Of a stretch of DNA of 64,000 nt, positions 52,004 through 64,000 are shown piece by piece. The position numbers and the translations under genes are program-made. Every line of letters starts with the position of its first letter. Position 1 is the first letter of the stretch. Source of the DNA: Octopus vulgaris (lineage: Eukaryota); NCBI GenBank assembly GCA_951406725.2, contig OX597818.1, forward strand, positions 62,248,001-62,312,000, read 5' to 3'. A model generated the notes under the pieces. That model saw only the letters and a program-made list of their open reading frames with translations. It had not been told where the DNA came from and did no database searches.

Positions 52004-53145
52004 ATATATATGAAGCCTGCGTGTCAGCTGAAATGCTTCATCTGTCTTTATGTTCTGAGTTCAAATGCCACTGTGATCAACTTTTCCAGTCATCGATAAA
52101 ATAAATACCAGCTGAATGCTGAGATCGATGAAATCTACTTGCCTACCTGACCACTGTCGAAATTGCTGGCTTTATTCAAAATTTGAGACCAGTATCATAA
52201 GCAGATTATACCTTACATCGAACAAGTAGAATTCTTATTCGTTGAAGCCAACGAGATATCTAGTTACGTATTTTTCTATAGATGAAAGACTGGTATAAGT
52301 TTCTCTGAATTAAATTTAAAATTTAAAAATACAAAAAAGACAACCAGTATTAGCCAAAAGATATCAGTTAAAACAAAACTATATCCGACAATGACAGCAA
52401 AACCAAAAGATAGCGTACTCAATGCTCTATTCATATCGTATTAAATAAATCATATATTTCCTGAGAAGTTGCTAATCTAAAGTGTTTTTATGATTCAATT
52501 TTCAGGAATACAGTCGAATATTTTCATGCATGGTTTCTGTCCGGAGGGATGAATATATTCTGAGGATACAATAGAGTTAGCCATCATGATTTAATTTCTT
52601 GGTCAAGCGAAGAAGTGAATTCGTTTATAGCTTTATTACGCTTTCGAGAAGATGTCTTAGAAGTGCTTCTAATAAAATAGACGCCTTTTTGGAATTTGCT
52701 AAGAAATTTCAGCCTCCAGCAGGAAGCTATAATTTCGTAATAATTCAGTTTTGGAACATGACGTGTGTAACTGTGAACTATGAAGAAAAAGAAAAAAATT
52801 AAAGAGACTTGGAGACATACACCCGCAATAACTTGTAAATATGCATATATATATGTATATATATATATATATATATATGTGCATACATATATATATATGT
52901 ATGTATATATGTATGTATGTGTATGCATGCATTTGTGTATGTGTGTGTGTGTATGCATATATATGTGTATGTATGTACATATGTATATGTATATATATAT
53001 GTATGTATATATATATGTATGTATGTATATATGTATGTATATATATATATATGTATATATGTATATATATATATGTATGTATATATATATATATATGTAT
53101 GTATATATGTTTATATATATGTATGTATATATGTATATATATACG

Positions 53146-53178
<33 letters not shown>

Positions 53179-53181
53179 ATA

Positions 53182-53213
<32 letters not shown>

Positions 53214-53280
53214 CACAGACACACGCATATAGGTATGTATATGGACGTGTTTGTGTATAAATAAATATATAAATATGCAC

Positions 53281-53313
<33 letters not shown>

Positions 53314-54514
53314 ATGTATTCACAAGCGCATATACGATTACGAGGATACATATACGCAGATATAATCTAAGTCACATAAGCACACACAATGCCTATATAA
53401 TCTAATTCGTGTACACACACTTACACTCGAACATACGTTATATGCGTACGTGGATATGTATCTATGCATGTGAAGTTTTCTCAATATATAGACAAATACT
53501 ATGGAACTTTGAGCATATGCATGTGTATATAGATGTGTTGAGAAGTATATACATTATAAATATGTGTATACATGTATTAAATACATATGTTTCCATACTT
53601 ACATAGGCCTGCTAATGTACATAGTTTTGCATGTGTTTACGAGCATAGACAGACATCCACATGTATATATATACATGTGTGTGTGCGTGTGTGTGTGCCT
53701 GTGTGTGAGCGTGTGTATGTGTGTGTGTACATGATGTGTGTGTTTGATCTATATTTCTTTGTTCTGAGACATAAAAAAAACTATAGACATTTTAAACAAT
53801 CAAAATTTCATTTCTCTATTTACCTGACAGTCGAAATACATACATATTCACAATCACACACACACAATCACACACACACACATACACACATACACACATA
53901 CACACATACACACACACATTTGCATAAAGAAACAAACAAAAGAATAAACGAGTTACAATGAAGAATTTTTTTTTCTGAAATATTTTTTTTCTTTTTAACT
54001 GCTACTTCGATAAAATTCTGTTAAATGTTAAAATACACTTCAAACTTGAGAGTTTCCTACATTTACTGAATAACATGAATTGTATATTTTTTACGATTTT
54101 TATTTATTTGTGTCTTTAATAAATTATTCGTTTCTAATAATGACACAAAGCAATATACTCAGAAGGAAGGTTTTATACTCCATCGAATCGATTGTTAAAA
54201 CATTGTTGGTGATTATGGTATCTTGCAATCGTATTTGTTGTTTTGTATCTTCCGTTTATCTTCCTCTACAAACTTCAGTTTTGAATTCAAAGCAGAGAAG
54301 TACCCTTTCAACAGATGAAATCACTGCATTAAAGGCGAGGGCTAATAATACTATTCTTTCCATTGTTGTGGCGTAGCAAAACGTAGAACCTGCGTGGAAA
54401 GATACTTTAGTGAGACCATCACAAAGAAAGCTGAACCAAAAGAAAATTTATGGTCCTTTGCACTTGTGTAAGGTTGACTGCGCAACCTCGCTCTTTCTTG
54501 TTGCACTTCTGCTT

Positions 54515-54740
54515 AATATAATAATGGTTTCAAATTTTGATACAAGGCCAGCAATGTTGAAGGAGGAGGTGAGTCGATTACATCGACTCCCGTGTTCAAA
54601 TGTTGCTTATCTTTTTCGACCCTGAATGGATGGAAGGCAAAATGAGCCTCGGCGGAGTTTGAACTCAGAGCATAAAGTCAGACGTAATGCCGCTAAGAAA
54701 TTTGCCCGACGTGCTAAGGGTTCTGCTACCTCACCGCCTT
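54515..54740 (-). mobile_element. SINE family B (diverged)
   Basis: ggcggtgaggtagcagaa...ctgagttcaaactccgccgagg. Confidence 0.75.
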
Positions 54741-54961
54741 TTTAGTGGGTGAAATCATATCACTGTCTAAGCGTCTTTAAAATATTCATTCCTAAGAGAG
54801 GCGTAAAGCCATGTTTTGTTGGTGAAGGGATGATATTTATTGAATCAATGACATTACTTGCAAAGTTGACCATGTCAGTGGTGTTGAAGAACTTGTCTAA
54901 ATTACTGAGTTTGATATACCAATTTTACCATATCATCAACTATATGTACGGAATAATATTC

Positions 54962-55086
54962 AGTGTCTAACTTTCAAATAGATACAAAAAGTGTCTAACT
55001 TTCGAATAAATACAAAAAGTGTCTAACTTTGAAATAAATACGAATAGTGTCTAACTTTCGAATAAATACGAAAAGTGTCTAACTCT
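54962..55086. repeat. ~28-bp minisatellite, ~4.3 copies
   Basis: gtgtctaactttcgaataaatac(a/g)aaaa units, followed by cctaaccctaa. Confidence 0.92.
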
Positions 55087-55712
55087 ATCCTAACCCTAAT
55101 ACTAAACGAGTATACACATACATACGCGCGCTCACACACACATGCACAAACACACACACACATTGTTATTATTAACAGATTCCTAATATATATATATTAG
55201 GAATCCGTTAATAATCCACTCTCATGCTATTTGAAGTATGACCTACGCAAATGATCGATCTGGCAAAATTTGTTGAATAACTAAATTTATATGTCCATAA
55301 CTAGATATCTAAACCACTTTTTTATTAGTCATAGGGGGAGACAAACACAAACACAGTCAGACACACTTACACACACACATACAGATCGGATATGTAAGAG
55401 TTTCAGATACCTTCGTTGATGACCGTAGTGTGATAGTATAAGGGAAAGCACAATGTATTATAAAGAGTAGCTTCTCGGCTACACGAAACATATCCATATG
55501 CAATTTTCTTCCGACGCCGACAATCTGATAGTATCTCTTATCTTCCTTTAATTTATATCATTTGAAACTTTTCAATCAGACTTTGTCTGCAGTTTTGAAA
55601 TATAAAATTTGATACCAATTATGTTCCATTTTATTGGATCAATGGAAAGGCCGATCATTGGTTCTTCGCTTTCCGGAAGAACAAAGACGCAAATGAAAAT
55701 TCTTTTATATTT

Positions 55713-55827
55713 TTTTTTACTTGTTTCATTCATTAGACTTCTATTTTTTAAAGCCTGGATGAATATCCCATCGGTCTATTTTGCCGAACCGCTAGGTTAA
55801 GGGGATGCAAACACACACACACGCACG

Positions 55828-55863
<36 letters not shown>

Positions 55864-56020
55864 CACGATGGGCTTCTTTCAGTTTCCGTTTATCAAGTTC
55901 ACTGACAAGGCTTTGGTCGGCCCGAGGCTGTACTAGAGAACACTTGTTCGAGATGCCACGCAGTAAGACTGAACCCGGAACCATGGGGATGCGAAGCAAG
56001 CTTCTTACCACTCAGCCATA
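55713..56020 (-). mobile_element. SINE family A (internally deleted)
   Basis: Head, body and partial tail. Confidence 0.82.
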
Positions 56021-56199
56021 ATGATGAATTTTAAATGCATTTGTTGTACTTCTCGTGTAGATCCTTACAAACCCGTATTTGGAAATTCAAGGTCTCATTA
56101 AGGACACTTATACTGTTACACGTTACAAGCATTGTTGGGACTACGTTGTTATGTTGTTATGATCAGGAGTAACTGACATTAATATTATTGGTGTTCAAG

Positions 56200-56537
56200 G
56201 GTCCGATATTATGTAAAAAATACTCCTTATTTCCTTCCTGTTCTAGAATAACTCCTTGTACTGAAAACTAATATTTCCCTCACATCGTCTCTAATGAAGG
56301 GATATCCCTAATATCCCAGAAACAGCTGTAAGACTAACTTTCTCTTTATAAACGTCCTGAAATTTCAACACCCGCTTGGTTTTGTTGTCTCTTTTTATTT
56401 AACATATACCTGCTCATCCAAGACCCAACATTAGACTCCTCAGTCGTATTATTATCGAACAGTGTTTGACTACGGTCCTTCCATAGCACTTACATAGCGT
56501 TACCTGACACCTTGGGTCTTCTTCTGGATACCAATAC

Positions 56538-56545
<8 letters not shown>
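56200..56545 (+). mobile_element. PLE terminal fragment with HHR at 56287-56334 (3' part homologous to 1335-1468)
   Basis: gtct-CTAATGA-a-gggatat...atatccc-a-GAAA-cagctg-TA-agac; ends at (TA)n. Confidence 0.7.
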
Positions 56546-56585
<40 letters not shown>

Positions 56586-56856
56586 AAATATATAAGTTTA
56601 AATTATTTAAATAATTTTAAAAATTTTAACTTTAATTTAAATATTTTAATTTGGAATTTTATATTTTATATTTTTTATATTTATATTTTATATTTTTCTA
56701 ATTAATTTTTTTCTATGTATTGGCTTATGATTTTCACTGTTTGATTTGCCTAATAGTGGTTTTATCTCTAATTTAATATAATATATATTTATACTATAAA
56801 ATTGGATTTAATCCTAAATCTAATTTTTCCCTGTAAGTTTGGATTTACTCCCTAAT

Positions 56857-56943
<87 letters not shown>

Positions 56944-56945
<2 letters not shown>

Positions 56946-57099
56946 CTTATAAACAAGGGCAAAAGAAAATTATTTCCATGCCAATATGCTGAGAACAGAC
57001 TTTAAATCGTTAATTTCCACATATTATATACTCACTACAGACATATTTTCTCAGCATATTGCCATGGAAATAAATTTTCTTTTGCCCTTGTTTATAAGT
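56944..57099. repeat. Inverted repeat (~50-bp arms) abutting (TA)n
   Basis: aacttataaacaagggcaaaagaaaat...atatgctgagaa / ttctcagcatat...cttttgcccttgtttataagtt. Confidence 0.9.
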
Positions 57100-57289
57100 T
57101 GTTTATAATTTTAACCTTTAAAGGCAATTTAATATGCTGCCACTTTTTGATGAAGTTATTTCTTTAAAAATCTTCATCCTATATTAGTAGTAGTAATAGT
57201 AGTAGTAGTAGTATATATATATATATGTATATGTGTGGGAGGGTATGTATATTTGTATATGTGTGGGAGGGTATGTATATTTGTGTGTG

Positions 57290-57530
57290 TGTGTGTGCGC
57301 GCACGTACCTTTATGTCTGTGTTTATCTCCTACGAACGCTTGACGACTAGTGTTGTTGTGTTTATGTTCTCGCAGCATAGCAGTTGGTCAAAAGTGACCG
57401 ACAAGAATATGTACCAGGCTTCAGAAAATATGTATTGTAGACGATTCATTTGACTAAAAAATTTCTCAAGGAGTGCTCCAGTATGGCCGCAGTCTATTGA
57501 CTGAAACAAATAAAAGATAAAATAGAAAAG
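57290..57530 (+). mobile_element. SINE family A 3' part (old)
   Basis: Degenerate body and tail gtgctccagtatggccgcagtc. Confidence 0.7.
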
Positions 57531-57878
57531 ACACATATTTAAAACCCCAGCTTTGAAAGATACGAGTATTCCATTGGCAATATGGACGAAAGATCTGAGC
57601 GACTAGTTTCTACCTTCGTAAAGGCCTCGTCAGTATTGTCTCTTCGCAATCAAGAGACTGAGCTGCTGATAGGAAATGAAAATGTTATCACGGCTGAACA
57701 ATTACTCCTTGGTAGCAGACATCAAAGTTGCTCGCATTTATGAAAATCGTGATAATGTTCGAAGGTTATGATACCTCTGTGGAATCCACACGACACCTGT
57801 TTATGGTGAGTTTCCCGCTGTGCGAGATTAACACACACACACATATATATACATATATATATGTATATATATGTGCGT

Positions 57879-57920
<42 letters not shown>

Positions 57921-58096
57921 GTGTGTATATATATATATATATATCTATGCACATATAATCTTTTATTCTTTTATATGTTTGAGACCAATGACTGTGGCCA
58001 TGCTGGAGCACCGCCATTGTAATCATCTTTCCTCTTTCCACCTTTGTCAAAGCGGCTTTTGATACGTACATATATATATATATTTATATATGTGTG

Positions 58097-58156
<60 letters not shown>

Positions 58157-58355
58157 CTGAACAAGAATCATATATTAAAATGATTTATAAAAGTTGACAG
58201 ATGGCGTTCAATGTTCTAGAAGTGAGTTACAGAGAACAATATCGCTTCAAGTGAAAACGGGGAGAATAGACAAAAACGACGTAACGCACACATACATACA
58301 CACACCCCTGCACCCACCCACATATATATACATATATATTGTATATACACACACA

Positions 58356-58395
<40 letters not shown>

Positions 58396-58473
58396 TTATG
58401 CATATAGATATTTATGTATGTATGTTTGTTTATATACAAGTGTATGTACGTTTACATATATATGTGTATATAC

Positions 58474-58518
<45 letters not shown>

Positions 58519-58524
58519 TATATG

Positions 58525-58657
<133 letters not shown>

Positions 58658-59310
58658 TGGTGTATACGTAAGATCTCTGTTATTTATATGTCTGCGTTCT
58701 TTTGTGTTAATGTCTGAAGAAAAATGAGTTAAAGAATAAACAAAGAACTCTTGAAAAATTGAAAAAGAAACAAATACAATTCACATGACGTTCTTTTGGT
58801 AAGAGAAAGAAACATTTTTGAAATAATTTCCAAGAATCGATACTCAATCACAGATCTTATTTAGTGAATATATTTGCTATCATTATTTAGTTTTCATTTA
58901 TAAAAGAAAACGAAATAGATTGAAAACTGGCAATTTAAAATTGTAAGAATATTGATCTGTTTTCACAGAGACAATAATGGTATTTGTATAAGAACATTGT
59001 CTCTTAAATTCACTTCAGTTTTATTTATTTATCCCTTCAAAGGAGGATAAATATCTAAGTTCATCCTAGTCGGTGTTAAGCGTATTTCATTGCTAGTCTA
59101 ATAGTTTGTTCCCTAGTCAACCCTGACTGGAAACATATACAATGATCCATCGTTTATCGCGGTAGATTGATTCCGAGACCGGTCGTGATAACTGAATTTC
59201 CGCGAAGTAAGGACACCATATTTACAGTATTTATTTAACGTGTATTTGCACTTTTTAAATCCTCTCTGTACCGTTAACAACCCACGCATTACAGTAATCT
59301 ATTAATAACA

Positions 59311-59540
59311 AGGCGGCGAGCTGGCAGAAACGTTAGCAAGCCAGGCGAAATGCTTTGTGTTATTTCGTCCGCTGCTGCGTTCTGAGTTCAAATTCCGCCG
59401 AGGTCGACTTTGCCTTTCATCCTTTCAGGGTCGATAAATTAAGTACCAGTTACGCACTGGAGTCGATGTAATCGACTTAATCTGTTTGTCTGTCCTTGTT
59501 TGTCCCCTCTATGTTTAGCCGCTTGTGGGCAATAAAAAAA
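59311..59540 (+). mobile_element. SINE family B nested in Tigger
   Basis: TSD attaataacaagg at ~59301 and ~59541. Confidence 0.92.
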
Positions 59541-59654
59541 ATTAATAACAAGGATAACTGTTAAGCAATAACACTTTAGATTTTAAAAAATAAAGATTGT
59601 TACTGTACTCAACGCGAAATGTGAATGATGGTGGTGTAGTCTTCCGTGATTCAT

Positions 59655-59799
59655 ATCTAAAATGGCGGGCTACGCCAGCGAAAGTTCTCCCTTCCTTCAA
59701 CATATCCAGAAGTTTTACCTTCTCAGCGACCGTCATCATTCTTCGTTTGCGTTTAGGCTCAGTACCAGGCTTGGAAGAAGCAGCACGCTTGGGACCCAT
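59655..59799 (-). pseudogene. Tigger/CENP-B-like transposase N-terminal HTH fragment
   Basis: MGPKRAASSKPGTEPKRKRRMMTVAEKVKLLDMLKEGRTFAGVARHF. Confidence 0.88.
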
Positions 59800-59857
59800 T
59801 GCAGGGGATGAAATCGCAAAGTTCAAAGCAAAGAAGGAAACAATATATATATATATA

Positions 59858-60266
59858 GGTGTAGGAGTGGCTGTGTGGTAAGTAGCTTGCTAACCAACCA
59901 CATGGTTCCGGGTTCAGTCCCACTGCGTGGCATCTTGGGCAAATGTCTTCTGCTATAGCCCCGGGCCGACCAATGCCTTGTGAGTGGATTTGGTAGACGG
60001 AAACTGAAAGAAGCCTGTCGTATATATGTATATATATATAAGTATGTGTGTGTATTTGTGTGTCTGTGTTTGTCCCCCTAGCATTGCCTGACAACCGATG
60101 CTGGTGTGTTTACGTCCCCGTCACTTACCGGTTCGGCAAAAGAGACCGATAGAATAAGTACTGGGCTTACAAAGAATAAGATCCGGGGTCGATTTGCTCG
60201 ACTAAAGGTGGTGTTCCAGCATGGCCGCAGTCAAATGACTGAAACAAGTAAAAGAGTAAAAGAGAG
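59858..60266 (+). mobile_element. SINE family A (young) nested in Tigger
   Basis: Full copy flanked by (TA)n. Confidence 0.93.
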
Positions 60267-60597
60267 TATATATATATATCACACACAGCACAGTGCAAAT
60301 TAGTACTGTAAACCACTCGGCGAGAAAGATTGGAGCAAAATGGGAGCTAGAGAGAGAGAGACAAGGGAAGATGCTGTGGGTTTGAGCATCGGCCAATGCA
60401 CCAATCACAGGCCAGATTACAAAATAGAAAGCTGTGATTCGTCGTCTCTCTCTCCATTGCACCAATCACAGCCCGTCTCAAGTTCAAATACCTCTGTATA
60501 TGCTTTTTTGTTATTTAACGCTTGTTTTGTTGTTCCTAGACTAGGAAATAATATTTGTTATTAATATTTTAATGGATTTAATGAAAAATTGTAGGTG

Positions 60598-60648
<51 letters not shown>

Positions 60649-60784
60649 CCGCGAAGTCGTGAATCCGCGATAATTGAACAGCGAAGTAGCGAGGAATCGC
60701 TGTATGATCAAATACGTTCCATTCGTGTGGTCATCGCATCATCTATTGTTGAATACAAAACGATGGCATGATCATTTATGTTAT

Positions 60785-61145
60785 AGACGAGGGCATAACC
60801 ATGTGGTAAGAAGGTTGGTTCCCAACCACATGGTTCCGAGTTCAGTCCCACAGCGTGACACTTTGGTCGAGTATCTTCTACTATAGCCTCGGGTCGACCA
60901 AAGTTGGCGGAAACTGAAAGAAGCCCACACATTTGTGTGTGAGTGTGTTTTTTTTTGCTCCACCGCGGCTTGACAACCCGTGTTTGTATACGTCCCTGTA
61001 ACCTAGCGGTTCGGCAAAAGATATATCGATAAAATAAGTACGAGACTTAAAAATAAGTACTACTGCCGATTTGTTCGACTAGATTTCTTCGAGTCGGTGC
61101 CCCAGCATGGCCGCAGTTTAATAACTGAAACAAATAAGAGAATAA
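60785..61145 (+). mobile_element. SINE family A
   Basis: Head, body and tail. Confidence 0.85.
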
Positions 61146-61172
61146 AAAAATAATAAAAAATACATACATATT

Positions 61173-61548
61173 CTTTTCTACTCTAGGCACAAGGCCCAAA
61201 CTTTTGGGGGAGGCGGCCAGGCGGCAACTGGTACTTTATTTATCAACCCCGAAAGGATAAAAGGCAAAGTCAACTTCGGCCGAATTTGAACTCAAAACGT
61301 AAAAACAGACGGAATACCTATTTCTTTGCTATCTACAAAGAGCCAAACAGAGAGGATAAAAATGAACAAACAAACGGATTAAGTCGATTATATCGACCCA
61401 GTGTGCAACTAGTACTTTTTTAATCGACCCTGAAAGAATGAAAGGCAAAGACGACCTCGGCGGAATTTGAACTCAGAACGTAGCGGCAGACGAAATACTG
61501 CTAAGCATTTCGTCCGGTGTGTTGACGTTTCTGTCAGATCGCCGCCAT
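61173..61548 (-). mobile_element. SINE family B with duplicated body
   Basis: TSD atacatacatatt at ~61160 and ~61549. Confidence 0.88.
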
Positions 61549-61927
61549 ATACATACATATTGAGAGTGTTCGAAACCCTTGTTTATAAGTGCAGTGAACG
61601 AACTGTTTGCAAACCTTTGCTCCTTTGGGTATCAGCACTCGTCAACAAACAAAGTTTGCTCGCTGGAGTTACAAAGAAGAGCCTTCTACTCCTGTTAGAT
61701 TCCTTAGTCTGATTGCCTTTGGCTAACGGGACGCAATGATGTCGAAACTGCAAGTGTCCCAGAGTCATTATGCTAATGACTCGGGGGCGTTGTTAACAAA
61801 CATACATCGTAAAAGAGGAATTGTTCCTCTGTAACGAGCCAGTCATTTGGGAATTGATGTTTGAACAGGTCGAGACGTACTAAGACAGAATATACAGCAA
61901 CCGAGCTTGTTCGCACGCACTCGTGTG

Positions 61928-62050
<123 letters not shown>

Positions 62051-62132
62051 TCTTTATACTTTGACTTGTTTCAGTCAGTTGACTGCGGCTATGCTGGAGC
62101 ACTGTCTGTAGTCGAACGAATCAACCCCAGTA

Positions 62133-62258
62133 AACCTGATGAAGCCTGGAGGGTATACACCAGCCAAAACGTTGTGTTAACAACAAACAAGATGAGGACA
62201 AATATCCGTTGAATGTAAATAATGCAAATAATTCCTCATCTCTTAAATATAGAACTGC
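62133..62258 (+). mobile_element. Penelope F1 end with inactivated HHR
   Basis: CTGATGA present but GAAA changed to AAAA; downstream gatgaggacaaatatccg...ttaaatatagaactg. Confidence 0.8.
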
Positions 62259-62387
62259 ATTATAGGATATACTATACTACTTCTACTGAGAGTTTTCGTT
62301 CTCAGTGGTCTGTATTACTGCTCCCACCTATGGTCATTGCAGAGTGTTAACTGGTAGCTGAACTTGGGGCAGTCCAAATCCACTATA

Positions 62388-63753
62388 CAGGAAGTGGGAA
62401 TAAGGGAACATATATTGTCACTTCAGAATGCACCTTAGGTTCTTAATAAGCGAAAGTAATGTGAAACGGTCGGGAAAGCAAACAAGTTATTATTTAAGGT
62501 ATTTTAAAATTTACATAATTAAAAAAAGATCGATTCAGTGAAAGAGACGAGCTGCTGCGATTGGTGCAGACGTGGTGGTCTTCAAAAGAGTGTCTGAACA
62601 AATTTTTATGCACCATTCTAGATGAACTCACATCACGGTAGGAGGCACAGAGAAGAACAGCTCGGTCCAACTCGCTATTTCACCAGAAATAGTCGAGCAA
62701 AGAAACGTAAATCCGCTGGAAGGTGGTGCTGTAGCATGGCCGCAGCTCCCGGCTGAAACCAACAAAAGGTAAAAGATAAGAAGAAAAAGAAAGATTAGTT
62801 GTTTAAGCTGCAACTTCAACTAATTGTTAACAGTCTCATAAACAGATTTCCTTTGCAGCCTAGCAATTAGCAACTAATAATAAACATGAAATTTTACCGA
62901 GTGGGATTTCCCGGACGATTCGTAAAGCAAATTAATTCTTGCATAATGTAATTCGACAAAGAAGTATGTTAAATAATGTAATGCTAGAGTAGGTAGTAAT
63001 ATTAAAGGCACCACATCTCACAGCGTATTTAAAGATAGCTTGTGTTTATTTCATGGACGTTGTAATTGTTGCCAAAGACGCTGTGTAAACTAATGATGGC
63101 GGTGTTGCGGTTTATTGTAGTTCATTGTCCAGAAAATTATGTTGAAGTACCATTGGAAAGAAGGAAGACGGTGGATGGTGACGTAGTGATTTTACGTTTG
63201 CAACGAGTGAACGGCTGATCAGAATAACATCTTTACATTAATAGAAGGAGAGGAGAAGATGAACGGAGAGACAAAGAAAAGGAAGTTATGAAAAGCATTC
63301 GCCTGAAGCTGAAGAACAAATGAAGAGCCTGGACAAATTGCAATTATTTGACAAGGACCAGAGGAAGACAATAACTTTCTGAATATTCCCAATGGCTAGT
63401 TATTTAATGAACAGCTGAGTAAAACATTCCTGGAAACTTCCAATATAGACATGGAGAGCTTATTGAGAAAATCTCATACCTCAGAGACAATCGACTGAAT
63501 GTGAATGCGGAGACAAAGCGTTAATAAGATGTAAGATGTCGTTAAAGAAATCTACGACAGTATGTCTGTTCATATAGCATTTTCTGTATGAAAATGAATT
63601 CACCCGACCAGGAAGTGGGAATAAGAAAGCGGATATTGTCACTTCAGAATGCACCTTACGTTGTTAGTAAGCGAAAATATGGAGGAACGGTCGGGAAAGC
63701 AAACAAGAATAATTCAGAGCGTTATTATTTCAGGTATTTTAAAATTTACATAA
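62388..63753. repeat. Diverged ~130-145-bp direct repeats (62388-62519 and 63609-63753)
   Basis: caggaagtgggaataag...atattgtcacttcagaatgcacctta...aacggtcgggaaagcaaacaag...ggtattttaaaatttacataat. Confidence 0.85.
62545..62790 (+). mobile_element. CR1-clade LINE 3' end
   Basis: VFK..LNKFLCTILDE...RSNSLFHQ, then tail ggtggtgctgtagcatggccgcagctc..gctgaaac. Confidence 0.7.
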
Positions 63754-64000
63754 TCAAAAATTTTGGCACGGCTCTTTGTAAATCTAGTATTATGTCGAAG
63801 AGAACTTTATTATTACCATTAGGTCAGCAACGTGCCAAGAGAAAACTGACTGTACAGTAAAAACTGTCAAGTCTAGAAACCTTCGAGCGGAAAGTGAGCA
63901 AAATTTGAAAAGGAAGGTCACAGTACTGATGGAGAAAATGGAAGTAAAGTAGATACCGTTGTAAAAATACCTTTCCGCTCAAAATAGAGGATACACATAT

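Larger units (their letters stand above)
59140..60702 (-). mobile_element. Internally deleted Tigger/pogo DNA transposon with two nested SINEs
   Basis: TA|caatgatccatcg ... cgaggaatcgctg|TA imperfect TIRs; psq-type HTH fragment. Confidence 0.85.

Noticed and set aside
53818-53831. 13-nt match to the centre of miR-8 (actgtcaggtaaa, minus strand)
   Set aside because: Seed differs and there is no hairpin; better explained as a splice donor or chance
54962-55086. CRISPR-like 28-bp repeats
   Set aside because: No spacers and eukaryotic context; ordinary minisatellite

Overview
AT-rich, microsatellite-saturated eukaryotic non-coding DNA. The SINE types and the (TA)n/(CA)n/trinucleotide density strongly suggest an Octopus (coleoid cephalopod) genome; this is inference. 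No intact host protein-coding gene is visible, and nearly all listed ORFs are microsatellite or SINE artefacts. The window is a mosaic of about 35 tRNA-derived SINE copies, Penelope-like elements (PLEs; RT and GIY-YIG relics), CR1-type LINE 3' ends, a mariner relic, a Tigger/pogo element, two non-autonomous Helitrons and several MITEs. The main hidden signal is about 19 type I hammerhead ribozyme (HHR) motifs from roughly 9 sequence families, mostly in PLE termini beside (TA)n. Three stand out: a highly structured 489-bp retrozyme-like monomer arranged as a tandem plus a 1.2-kb near-perfect palindrome (49527-50825); a Penelope 3' module joining a tRNA-like Pol III head, (AAT)n and an HHR; and HHRs with a U3-A8 compensatory core. 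Strong minus-strand splice signals suggest a spliced non-coding transcript. Coordinates were read by eye and may be off by a few bases.
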